This document shows positions 27,251 to 34,984 of a stretch of DNA of 41,874 nucleotides, piece by piece. Position 1 is the first letter of the stretch; each line of letters opens with the position of its first letter. The notes under the pieces are model-generated. The model did not search any database, was not told the origin of the DNA, and saw only the letters and a list, made by a program, of their open reading frames with translations. Source of the stretch: a virus; the IMG/VR virus record IMGVR_UViG_3300009285_000025; one strand, given 5' to 3'. The position numbers and the translations under genes were made by a program.

Positions 27251-27750
27251 ATGCTTTGTCTCTATACTGCGTGCGGTCTGGTTGAAGTATCCTTCTTTTA
27301 TACCACTAATGGTATAAAATGTGTCAGGCAGTATTACTATTACTACCTATGGTATGAGTTAAGTATTTTTGCGTATTAGTTAAGTGAGATAGGGTAAGAG
27401 GGGACAGAGTTGTATAGTAGGTATGCAGTTTGGGTTCGGGTAATTTTTACAATTACTTTTTTTTGAGGTTTATAGAAGGTTCTACAGGTTTGGCAGTTAC
27501 AATCTTTTTGGTATGGATAAGACATATTGATATATTAGTATTTAGTTTTAATTTTGTCAAGTTAGCAGGTAAAAATAAATTCCCCTATATTATGGTTTTC
27601 TATACTACATATAGATAAAAACAATTCGTGTGTTCATACTAATAGTATATGGTATCTATATATTGTGTGATTAAAATTATATTATACTATATATGGTAGT
27701 TTTGTCAGTCAAACTATTTTAACTATTTTTACGAATTATGCAAATTATAT

Positions 27751-27778
27751 TTGTAATATCGCCGAGATGTGATATAGT
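27751..27778 (+). promoter_or_regulatory. Sigma-70-type promoter candidate with an extended -10.
   Basis: TTGTAA (27751..27756), a 16-nt spacer ending in TGA, then TATAGT (27773..27778). Confidence 0.4.
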
Positions 27779-27794
27779 CCTTATAGATTTAATA

Positions 27795-27906
27795 TGATAC
27801 GCATAGGAAGAATAATAATAAAGAGTAGAGCGGGAACGGGCATTTCTGTTCGTGGATGTATGTCTGCGGATACTATGCGTATCAACCGTCCCCGCTCTTA
27901 TTTTTT
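27795..27906 (+). promoter_or_regulatory. Leader RNA element E2, with the same interleaved A-B-A'-B'-U-tract architecture as E1.
   Basis: A 27795..27806 (tgatacgcatag) pairs perfectly with A' 27873..27884 (ctatgcgtatca). B 27827..27839 (agagcgggaacgg) pairs with B' 27886..27898 (ccgtccccgctct) with one mismatch. The sequence ttattttttat follows. Confidence 0.6.
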
Positions 27907-27919
27907 ATGGAGGTAGGCT

Positions 27920-28174
27920 ATGGAGTATATTACTAACTGCGTTTCGGGGAATGCTGAAGACCTTCAAAAGATGGTTGATTCTGCAAAGAGTATTACATAT
28001 AGAACCTTTACTAAATATGTAAAACCCTTCGTATTAAATGAGCTGTTCCCACAGTATGTAAAGGGCATACTGCATATAAAGGATGACTATTCAGTAAGTT
28101 TCTTCAAGGGTCGGTATCAGGGCAGACATTGTGTCTATGTTGAGCAAAGCGGGATAGAGTATATTTTTTGTTAG
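27920..28174 (+). CDS. Hypothetical 84-aa protein.
   Basis: ORF track, with GGAGG 7 nt upstream. It is the first gene after E2. Confidence 0.6.
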   Translation: MEYITNCVSGNAEDLQKMVDSAKSITYRTFTKYVKPFVLNELFPQYVKGILHIKDDYSVSFFKGRYQGRHCVYVEQSGIEYIFC

Positions 28175-28187
28175 AAAGGGGAATGAT

Positions 28188-28418
28188 ATGGTAAAGGTAA
28201 AATATGGTAAGAGGGAGCTTATACAGGCAGTGTTCGACAGCAAGAGCAAAGCTATAAGACGGGCGAAGTTCGTCAAGGGTTATGTAGTTATAGTCAAAAG
28301 TAATGGTAAATTTTATGTCGAAACGTCGCTTCCGTTGATAAGGGATTTTGAGCAAATAGTTTATAGGCGAGATAGAAGAAAGGATATAGAATATGACAAT
28401 AGATTATTGCGAAGTTGA
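28188..28418 (+). CDS. Hypothetical 76-aa protein.
   Basis: ORF track, with a TTAGAAAGGGG RBS cassette upstream. Confidence 0.6.
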   Translation: MVKVKYGKRELIQAVFDSKSKAIRRAKFVKGYVVIVKSNGKFYVETSLPLIRDFEQIVYRRDRRKDIEYDNRLLRS

Positions 28419-28695
28419 AGGATGTTGTCAGCGGTCAGCGTTGCGGTGGATAGACCATTATATTTGCTGGGGGCATTGGCTACTTTATGCTAACAATAAA
28501 CTCGATTTAAGAAAGGAATTTAACTTACCTGCGATAGTTAGAAGTGATAACCTCACGGGTCAGGATGAGGGCTTGGCGGATAGCACGGGGATGGGTAACA
28601 TTGAGGCAGATAAAGAGGGTGGAAGCGACACTCTAACTTCGCCCTCCACTGCCTCTGTAAATTGGGTTGCAGTTAAAGAAACCTTACTATTTTAG
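28393..28695 (+). CDS. Hypothetical 100-aa protein with a Cys/His-rich N-terminus.
   Basis: ORF track, with AAAGGA upstream. It contains CEVEGCC...HYICWGHW. Confidence 0.5.
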   Translation: MTIDYCEVEGCCQRSALRWIDHYICWGHWLLYANNKLDLRKEFNLPAIVRSDNLTGQDEGLADSTGMGNIEADKEGGSDTLTSPSTASVNWVAVKETLLF

Positions 28696-28707
28696 AAAGG
28701 AGAATAT

Positions 28708-29211
28708 ATGGTAAATGAAGTTATAGACATTTTAGCGTTAGCGTTAAATGAAGCGACACCATTTGATAACTCGCAAAAACAGGGACTGATAGTAGCTGAC
28801 GAAAAGGACGCTACATATTTTTCAGGATTGCTTGCTATGTGGCAAAACGAGATAGAGCGGAGGAAGGAGCAATGCCGAGAATATGTCGCACACGCCGAGC
28901 GGACTTTAGAGCGATTGCAATATCTTTGCAGTAATCAATTAGAGGATTGGACAGCAAAGGAATTGACAACCGTAAAAGGTAAAAGCATTAAGTTAGCAAG
29001 TGCTACAATAGGATTTAGGACGCAGAAAGATAAGTTAGTTATAACCGATAAGGACACATATATTAAATGGTGTGATGATAACAAGGTGGCGGGCTATGTA
29101 GTAGAGACCCGCACAATCATAACCCCTGCTAATGAGTATTATGAGAAGGAGGGCAAAGTGCCTGATGGTGTAAATGTTGAGAAGGGTTTTGAGAAATTTT
29201 ATGTCAAATAG
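28708..29211 (+). CDS. gam: Mu Gam-like / Gp157-like host-nuclease inhibitor (167 aa).
   Basis: An N-terminal coiled coil is followed by KGKSIKLASATIGFRTQKDKLVITD and a C-terminal VPDGVNVEKGFEKFYV, as in Mu Gam. It lies directly upstream of recT. Confidence 0.5.
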   Translation: MVNEVIDILALALNEATPFDNSQKQGLIVADEKDATYFSGLLAMWQNEIERRKEQCREYVAHAERTLERLQYLCSNQLEDWTAKELTTVKGKSIKLASATIGFRTQKDKLVITDKDTYIKWCDDNKVAGYVVETRTIITPANEYYEKEGKVPDGVNVEKGFEKFYVK

Positions 29212-29225
29212 AGAAAGGAGATAAT

Positions 29226-30281
29226 ATGACAAATGAAGTAGCAGTTCAAAATGAATGGACAGCCGAACAGATTAACTTAATCAAGTCAATGGTATGCAAA
29301 GGCGCTACTGATGACGAGTTTAAGCTGTTTTTATACTTCGGCAAAAAAACGGGGCTTGACCCACTGGCAAAGCAATATCATTTTGTAAAAAGGTGGAATA
29401 ATCAAACGCAGAAGGAAGAGGGGACGATACAGACGGGTATAGACGGACTTCGGCTGGTCGCTGAACGGACAAATAAATATGCGGGTAGTAGTGAACCGAT
29501 TTATGTTATAGACGAGAAAACACACCTGCCTATTTCGGCAACCGTAAAAGTTAGAAAGTTATTAGCAGGAACTGTTCACGAAGTGGGAGCTATTGCATTT
29601 TTTAGTGAGTATGTTCAAAAGAAAAAGGACGGAACGGCTATGTTTCTTTGGGCTAAAATGCCATTCCTAATGATAGGAAAATGTGCAGAGGCGCTTGCAC
29701 TACGCAAGGCATTCCCCGATGACTTGTCCAGCATATATGCAGACGAAGAAATGCAACAAGCAGATTCGATTAAAAATGTGGAAGCAGAGATAGTAGATAA
29801 AACGACTATGCCAAAGATTGACCAGATAAAAAATATGACATCTCCTGCTCCCGCAACTACTTCTATTGACGAGAAGCTATATGATAATGTGGCAGTATAT
29901 ATCAAAGGATTATCAATAAAAGAAGCGGATGACTTTAAGGATTGGATTATGCGAAAATTCAAGATAGGATTGCCTATGCTTGAAAATAACCAGCTACAAC
30001 TTGTTACTCAAGAGATAGAAAGGCGAGAGTTAGCTGTGGGTAAGCCATCCGAAGACGCTGATGATGTAGAGCCAAAAGATATGATACCTCTATCAGCAGG
30101 GCAGGCACAATCCTTGCACAAGCAGGCGAGCAGAAAGGGATTGCCTAATGCCGAATTATGTATAATGTTAGGGCTTGACAGCGAAGTTCAGCATCTAACG
30201 GGTATGCCTGTAAGCAAGACAAAACATAAAGAGACGCTTATAAAAATTGGAGCGATGGCTGATAAGAAGGAGGGGAAATAG
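29226..30281 (+). CDS. recT: RecT/Bet-family single-strand annealing protein (351 aa).
   Basis: Motifs LIKSMVCKGATDDEFKLFLYFGKKTGLDPLAKQYHFV, GIDGLRLVAERT and MIGKCAEALALRKAFPD match RecT/Bet. It sits between the gam-like gene and ssb. Confidence 0.85.
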   Translation: MTNEVAVQNEWTAEQINLIKSMVCKGATDDEFKLFLYFGKKTGLDPLAKQYHFVKRWNNQTQKEEGTIQTGIDGLRLVAERTNKYAGSSEPIYVIDEKTHLPISATVKVRKLLAGTVHEVGAIAFFSEYVQKKKDGTAMFLWAKMPFLMIGKCAEALALRKAFPDDLSSIYADEEMQQADSIKNVEAEIVDKTTMPKIDQIKNMTSPAPATTSIDEKLYDNVAVYIKGLSIKEADDFKDWIMRKFKIGLPMLENNQLQLVTQEIERRELAVGKPSEDADDVEPKDMIPLSAGQAQSLHKQASRKGLPNAELCIMLGLDSEVQHLTGMPVSKTKHKETLIKIGAMADKKEGK

Positions 30282-30284
30282 AAA

Positions 30285-30659
30285 ATGAGTGATATAAATG
30301 TAGTGTTACTTACAGGTAATTTGACTAAAGACCCTGAATTAAAATATACGCCAAGCGGTATGGCGGTATGCGATTACACTATCGCCGTGAATGGCTACAA
30401 AAAGGATAAGGCAGAGGGCGAGAAAGACCCCGTGTCGTTTGTCGATTGTGTTAGTTTTAACAAGCAGGCAGAGGCAATATCGCAGTATCAAAAGAAGGGC
30501 AGTATGCTAACTGTAAGTGGGGAGTTAAAACAAGAGCGATGGGAAAAAGATGGGCAGAAACACAGTAGAATAAAAATTATGGTCAGTCGGGTTAAGTTTA
30601 GCCAAAAAAGTAAGGATACTAAAGTAGCTGATAAATCTGATAGTGCTATACCATTTTAG
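30285..30659 (+). CDS. ssb: Single-stranded DNA-binding protein (124 aa).
   Basis: The OB-fold N-terminus reads NVVLLTGNLTKDPELKYTPSGMAVCDYTIAVN. WEKDGQKHSRIKI is present, and the tail ends in the canonical DSAIPF. Confidence 0.85.
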   Translation: MSDINVVLLTGNLTKDPELKYTPSGMAVCDYTIAVNGYKKDKAEGEKDPVSFVDCVSFNKQAEAISQYQKKGSMLTVSGELKQERWEKDGQKHSRIKIMVSRVKFSQKSKDTKVADKSDSAIPF

Positions 30660-30668
30660 AGGATTAAA

Positions 30669-31025
30669 ATGACAAATAAAGTTATGCTTGAATGTTTAGA
30701 ATGCTACGCCAAGATGTATGAGGCGATAGATAAAGGCATTAGGGCTTTGGAGCAGGACAAGGCATTTGAGATAGACCTTCTGAAAAAGAGGAAGGCGTCA
30801 GGGCTCGTAAATTCTACCCCGGCGCCTTCTGATATTATAAATGCTAAAGTGATTACAAAATGTAAGATATGTGGGCATTTAGTTGATAATCACTATAAGC
30901 GGCCATCTGGCTCTATTTGGACTTATCGAGATGATAAGGGGAAAATACAATGCAGTTGTATAGAATGTGAGCAGTGGAATGAACTATATGGACGTGAGAG
31001 GGTTAGCTTTAGAAAGAAGGAATGA
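30669..31025 (+). CDS. Hypothetical 118-aa protein with a zinc-ribbon-like C-terminal half.
   Basis: ORF track, with CKICGH and CSCIEC. Confidence 0.5.
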   Translation: MTNKVMLECLECYAKMYEAIDKGIRALEQDKAFEIDLLKKRKASGLVNSTPAPSDIINAKVITKCKICGHLVDNHYKRPSGSIWTYRDDKGKIQCSCIECEQWNELYGRERVSFRKKE

Positions 31026-31112
31026 TTGTGAACGGAGAGGGCGGAGTCGTGCGTGATGACTGCGATTCGCCCTCTGATATTTTTAATTAGATTAGAAAGG
31101 AAGGTGATAAAA

Positions 31113-31349
31113 ATGAGTAATACAATTACTATTCTCGAAGATGAGCGAGAAATTGAAAGTGTTAGATTTTTCGATACAGGAGAAGGATATATTAAGGGTG
31201 AACTTGGAATAGAAAAAATAGAAGTATATTCAGAAGATGGAGTGTATTCTAAACTTCCCTTTATCGCAGTATGGAAAAGTGGCAATATACTTGTAAGGGT
31301 TTCAGCTTTATTTGTAACAATCAAATATAGGGAGGTAAAAGATGCGTAG
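31113..31349 (+). CDS. Hypothetical 78-aa protein.
   Basis: The track frame was trimmed to the ATG at 31113, which follows TTAGAAAGGAAGGTG. Confidence 0.5.
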   Translation: MSNTITILEDEREIESVRFFDTGEGYIKGELGIEKIEVYSEDGVYSKLPFIAVWKSGNILVRVSALFVTIKYREVKDA

Positions 31350-31551
31350 AGGAATTGACGCAATCGATAATGATGGGCTTAATTGCTGGAAGCATAACGG
31401 GAATTCTAATAGTCCGTATACACAGCCAATATTCTGCGATGATTGTCAAATGCTATATGATGATTGCCCTTGTGATGAGGAAGTATTTTCTGATGTCAAG
31501 GGTAAAAGTTTTGAGGAGATATTAAAAGATGAAGATAGGGTTAATAGATAG
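31342..31551 (+). CDS. Hypothetical 69-aa Cys-containing protein.
   Basis: ORF track, with GGGAGG upstream. It contains CDDCQMLYDDCPC. Confidence 0.5.
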   Translation: MRRGIDAIDNDGLNCWKHNGNSNSPYTQPIFCDDCQMLYDDCPCDEEVFSDVKGKSFEEILKDEDRVNR

Positions 31552-31717
31552 AACTGGAAGGATAATTTTAGAAGCAAATAATTTAGCTGATGTTAAAATA
31601 AAATTTAAGGAACAGTTTCATAAAGACAAAGATATTGATGAATTCGATAGTATATGGACATTGCTTCTTGAGAATAATAGGATATTGGAGGTGAAAGATG
31701 ATAAATGTAAATGTTGA
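31529..31717 (+). CDS. Hypothetical 62-aa protein.
   Basis: ORF track, with GAGGAG upstream. Confidence 0.5.
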   Translation: MKIGLIDRTGRIILEANNLADVKIKFKEQFHKDKDIDEFDSIWTLLLENNRILEVKDDKCKC

Positions 31718-31922
31718 TTTTAGTAAAGCAGTTTTTACGGACATCCGTGCTGATGAGTGGGAGTTAGATAGTATTTGCTTGCCTAACATTCTAATTCTAA
31801 AACGCACAAAGGATTTGCGGAATTTCAGCGGCCACAAAGGGTTGAGCGTTCCATTTGAGAATTTAGGGATGTTCTCTGTTCGTAATTTGTCTATTTACCC
31901 AAAATATAGGAAGGAGAAATAA
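31698..31922 (+). CDS. Small protein, paralogue A (74 aa) of 34748..34984.
   Basis: ORF track, with GGAGG upstream. It is roughly 60% identical by eye to the 78-aa product at 34748 (shared NVDFS.AVFTD..EWELD.ICLPNILILK...VPFEN.G.FS.RNLSI.P). Confidence 0.6.
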   Translation: MINVNVDFSKAVFTDIRADEWELDSICLPNILILKRTKDLRNFSGHKGLSVPFENLGMFSVRNLSIYPKYRKEK

Positions 31923-31925
31923 GAT

Positions 31926-32201
31926 ATGGAAAGTAAAATTTGTAGTATATGTCAAAAGCCGACAGTCGATTATCAGGAATTTGATAGAGGTAAAAAGGGG
32001 ATAGAGATAAGATGTTCAGGGTGTAGTGAGGGATTGGCGAAGCATTGGCGTAAGGGGCGCATATCAGGAAAGACATTCTTTAGAAAAAAGGGGGATAGCA
32101 AGACAAAGTCGGGTAAAGATAGGATAAAGAGGAATGCTCTGGGGTTCGATACCGCCAAATTTGATGACCCTACAAAAATTAATGATGAGGATTTTGTTTA
32201 A
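31926..32201 (+). CDS. Zinc-ribbon small protein (91 aa).
   Basis: ORF track, with CSICQK and CSGC followed by a basic tail. Confidence 0.5.
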   Translation: MESKICSICQKPTVDYQEFDRGKKGIEIRCSGCSEGLAKHWRKGRISGKTFFRKKGDSKTKSGKDRIKRNALGFDTAKFDDPTKINDEDFV

Positions 32202-32221
32202 TTAGAAAGGAGAGATAAGCT

Positions 32222-32626
32222 ATGAACGAACAGGAATTCTTTGATAAGATTAGACAGTTAGTTAATGAGACAAATCCTGAAGCGGTAGATATTCTTATCG
32301 AAGAATTGGACAAAGCGAAATGGACGCATCCTTCGTGGGACACAGCAGAGCTTGATTTTTTATGCCAAGCGAAAGTATTCGCAATGCAAAGCAATTCTAT
32401 TCTCGGGTTAGTATGGTGTGCGTGGTGTAAGAAATATCTACGGATAGAAACCGCATCTGAAGACCACGATAAGCTTGCATTGGTGAACGTCAGCGATGGA
32501 ATATGTGCGGTGTGCAAATCGAGAGAAATTGCAGAAGCAAGTAGCCATAGCAAAGAGCAAGGCCAAGTTAGCGGTGAAGGTGGGGATTTAATGTCCCCGC
32601 CTTCTAATCTTGAAGGTGAGTTATGA
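32222..32626 (+). CDS. Hypothetical 134-aa protein.
   Basis: ORF track, with TTAGAAAGGAG upstream. Confidence 0.55.
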   Translation: MNEQEFFDKIRQLVNETNPEAVDILIEELDKAKWTHPSWDTAELDFLCQAKVFAMQSNSILGLVWCAWCKKYLRIETASEDHDKLALVNVSDGICAVCKSREIAEASSHSKEQGQVSGEGGDLMSPPSNLEGEL

Positions 32627-32805
32627 GAGGCATAATAAAAAATCTGCTCGACAGAATAAACAATACACTATTCCAATTCTGGTATAGCGGTTGGCTACGA
32701 GCGAAAAGTAGAGGTGGCGAATGGATTGAAGGCAAATACTACTATGCGTTTAGAATTCAATGCGTAACTGCCCCGCTTTTCAGAAAGCTGAAAAAACTAC
32801 TATGA
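32623..32805 (+). CDS. Hypothetical 60-aa protein.
   Basis: ORF track. ATGA overlaps occur at both ends. Confidence 0.4.
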   Translation: MRGIIKNLLDRINNTLFQFWYSGWLRAKSRGGEWIEGKYYYAFRIQCVTAPLFRKLKKLL

Positions 32806-33233
32806 CACAAAAAAGGGATAGATTAAGAGATGACGCATTAGTATTCCTAAAGTATATGCAGAAACATCATATAGGTAAAGTCAATGCAATCAAAGAGCCA
32901 ACACTTGCAAGGGATTATTTCATTATAGAAGTTATGGGTATGAAGCCGGGCGGAGTTTTCCCGTCAAATACGAGCAATGCCTTAAAGGTATCGTTCCCAA
33001 ATCACTGTCGTAAAATTAGAGCATACTGTCAATACTTGCGAGAGAATGGAATTGCCTGTATAATGTTTGGAGATGAGGGACTGTATATTCCCGCTACTCT
33101 TGAGGAAGGTTGGAATGGACTAAAGCCAATGAGGTCAAAGGCAATGAGTATGATAGTGCAGTATAATAAGATGAAGCGAATGCTACGGCAGATATTTAAT
33201 CCTGATTTATTTATAGAGCAAAAGTTATTTTAG
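32802..33233 (+). CDS. Hypothetical 143-aa protein.
   Basis: The track frame was trimmed to the ATG at 32802, which forms an ATGA overlap with the upstream stop. Confidence 0.55.
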   Translation: MTQKRDRLRDDALVFLKYMQKHHIGKVNAIKEPTLARDYFIIEVMGMKPGGVFPSNTSNALKVSFPNHCRKIRAYCQYLRENGIACIMFGDEGLYIPATLEEGWNGLKPMRSKAMSMIVQYNKMKRMLRQIFNPDLFIEQKLF

Positions 33234-33247
33234 AAAGGAGAGTAAAA

Positions 33248-33490
33248 ATGAAGGCAATTTTTAACTGGCTATTAGAACACATTTATCCTGAAAGGGCTTA
33301 TAGAAGGGGGTATCGTGAAGGGTGCTTTGCTAAACAAGACGAACTGCTTACAATGGAGTTTCCAGCACTTATGATGAAGAGGGCGACATACCTTATGAAG
33401 CGTGAATGTGATAAAGCGTTATTTGGTAATATCTCTAACAACAATCATATTGCTGGCTTAAAAGAATTGGTAGATGATTGTAAAAAGTGA
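33248..33490 (+). CDS. Hypothetical 80-aa protein.
   Basis: ORF track, with TTAGAAAGGAG upstream. Confidence 0.55.
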   Translation: MKAIFNWLLEHIYPERAYRRGYREGCFAKQDELLTMEFPALMMKRATYLMKRECDKALFGNISNNNHIAGLKELVDDCKK

Positions 33491-33544
33491 GATATTTTAG
33501 ATGTGTATATTATTTATAAGTTGAATTAGAAAGGAAAATGTAAG

Positions 33545-34123
33545 ATGAATAAAATAAAAACAATTTTTGAAAGGGACTGGAATGGGAATAGAGCGTGTAT
33601 TGATAAATATGTCGAGGGATTTGACTCTTTACAATTAAATGAGGCGGTGGCTACGGAGAAATTAGATGGAACTAATATACGAGTTACTGTTAGAAACCAC
33701 ATTGTAGTTAGGATTGAAAAAAGAAAGAACCCAGATAGAATACAAAAACATAGAGGTATAGAAGAGCCGTGGTATATTGATGCTTCGGAGAGTGATTCTT
33801 CGGATAAGTGGATTTTTGACGCAGTTCAGAATACTAATTTATCTCAAATTCCCGATGGTGAATGGAGTGCGGAGGCAGTGGGTAAAAATATACAAGGCAA
33901 TCCGTTAAATCTTGACAAAAATATTGCAGTATTCTTTTCATTAGGGCAATGTCCTATATTTGAAGATGCACCGATTACATACGAGGCATTGAGAGAGTGG
34001 CTTCCAAGTCAAAAAAGTAAATATGGGAATAACTGTTTGATTGAAGGTATTGTGTGGCATTGCAAAAATGGGGAGATGTTTAAGATAAAGACGAAGGATT
34101 TTAAGGGTGATGGGAGGAGATGA
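33545..34123 (+). CDS. Minimal ATP-dependent RNA (or DNA) ligase-like nucleotidyltransferase (192 aa).
   Basis: It has covalent nucleotidyltransferase motif I ATEKLDGTN, motif IV EGIVWH and motif V FKIKTKDF. Its size fits a stand-alone adenylyltransferase domain. Confidence 0.6.
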   Translation: MNKIKTIFERDWNGNRACIDKYVEGFDSLQLNEAVATEKLDGTNIRVTVRNHIVVRIEKRKNPDRIQKHRGIEEPWYIDASESDSSDKWIFDAVQNTNLSQIPDGEWSAEAVGKNIQGNPLNLDKNIAVFFSLGQCPIFEDAPITYEALREWLPSQKSKYGNNCLIEGIVWHCKNGEMFKIKTKDFKGDGRR

Positions 34124-34230
34124 ATAATTTCTTTACTTGGCACTATTGGAAGCCCGCAGTGATTTATATTATCTTGGGTATGATAGGCATAGTGTTAGGT
34201 TACGGGATTGTATATTTAATTTTTAGATAG
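34120..34230 (+). CDS. 36-aa single-pass membrane peptide (not in the ORF track).
   Basis: The ATG forms an ATGA overlap with the ligase stop. It translates MNNFFTWHYWKPAVIYIILGMIGIVLGYGIVYLIFR. Confidence 0.4.
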   Translation: MNNFFTWHYWKPAVIYIILGMIGIVLGYGIVYLIFR

Positions 34231-34246
34231 AAAGGAGGGGTGGAAG

Positions 34247-34732
34247 GTGATAGAAATTAAAGCACCTAATGAAATGGGGGAAGGTAGCAAGTCAATATTT
34301 CTTGCTGGCAGTATCGAGATGGGCAATGCGGAGAAATGGCAAGATAAAGTAGTGTCCCTGATGCGTGATACTAATTGGACGATTCTAAACCCCAGAAGAG
34401 ATGACTGGGATTCGTCTTGGAGTCAGAGTATCAATAATAAAAGGTTCGTTGAGCAGGTAGAATGGGAATTGGCAGGATTGGAGAAAGCAAATATAATACT
34501 TATGTATTTTGATAAGAATACTGAGTCCCCTATTACACTGTTAGAATTAGGACTTCATGCTCGTTCTCATAAGTTAATTGTAGTATGCCCCGAAGGATTT
34601 TGGCGTAAAGGTAATGTAGATGTTGTATGCAATATGTATAATATCCTACAAGTATCTACTCTCGAAGAAGTAGTGAATAATCTCAAATGTGAGGAGTTCA
34701 TCTGCCCTTGCCCTATAGAAATTAAACTTTAA
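34247..34732 (+). CDS. Nucleoside 2-deoxyribosyltransferase-like protein (161 aa).
   Basis: IFLAGSIEMG, ILNPRRDDWDSSW, VEWELAGLEKANIILMYF and SPITLLELGLHA fit the Nuc_deoxyri_tr2-type pattern. The GTG start lies 8 nt after GGAGG. Confidence 0.5.
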   Translation: MIEIKAPNEMGEGSKSIFLAGSIEMGNAEKWQDKVVSLMRDTNWTILNPRRDDWDSSWSQSINNKRFVEQVEWELAGLEKANIILMYFDKNTESPITLLELGLHARSHKLIVVCPEGFWRKGNVDVVCNMYNILQVSTLEEVVNNLKCEEFICPCPIEIKL

Positions 34733-34747
34733 GAAAGGAGAAATGAT

Positions 34748-34984
34748 ATGGTAGATGTGAACATTGATTTTAGTAACGCAGTTTTTACGGACACGCAGGA
34801 TAATGAGTGGGAGTTAGATGAGATTTGCTTACCTAACATCTTAATTCTAAAACACGCAGAAGGTCGGTATAATCACAGCGACCACGAAAGGTTGCACGTT
34901 CCGTTTGAAAATATAGGGATATTCTCTATTAGGAATTTATCTATTTGTCCAAATGAAAAAGGGGAGGTGAAAGATGGGAATTAA
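34748..34984 (+). CDS. Small protein, paralogue B (78 aa) of 31698..31922.
   Basis: ORF track, with AAAGGAG upstream. See paralogue A. Confidence 0.6.
   Translation: MVDVNIDFSNAVFTDTQDNEWELDEICLPNILILKHAEGRYNHSDHERLHVPFENIGIFSIRNLSICPNEKGEVKDGN

Noticed and set aside
27360-27470. Possible tRNA (the GGTTCGGGT string resembles a T-loop).
   Set aside because: I could not build flanking T-stem complementarity, an acceptor stem or an anticodon arm. The E3 element (39525..39607) was also tested as a cloverleaf. Its 12-bp outer stem and its loop lacking U33 do not fit.
26632-27618. Four track ORFs in the gene-free region (26632..26856 minus; 26842..27063, 27167..27379 and 27430..27618 plus).
   Set aside because: They have no SD sequences in a genome where SDs are near-universal. 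Their sequences are built from the tandem repeats (for example HLPLTCLSLASHLP from the 11-mer array) and are low-complexity or hydrophobic with mixed strands.
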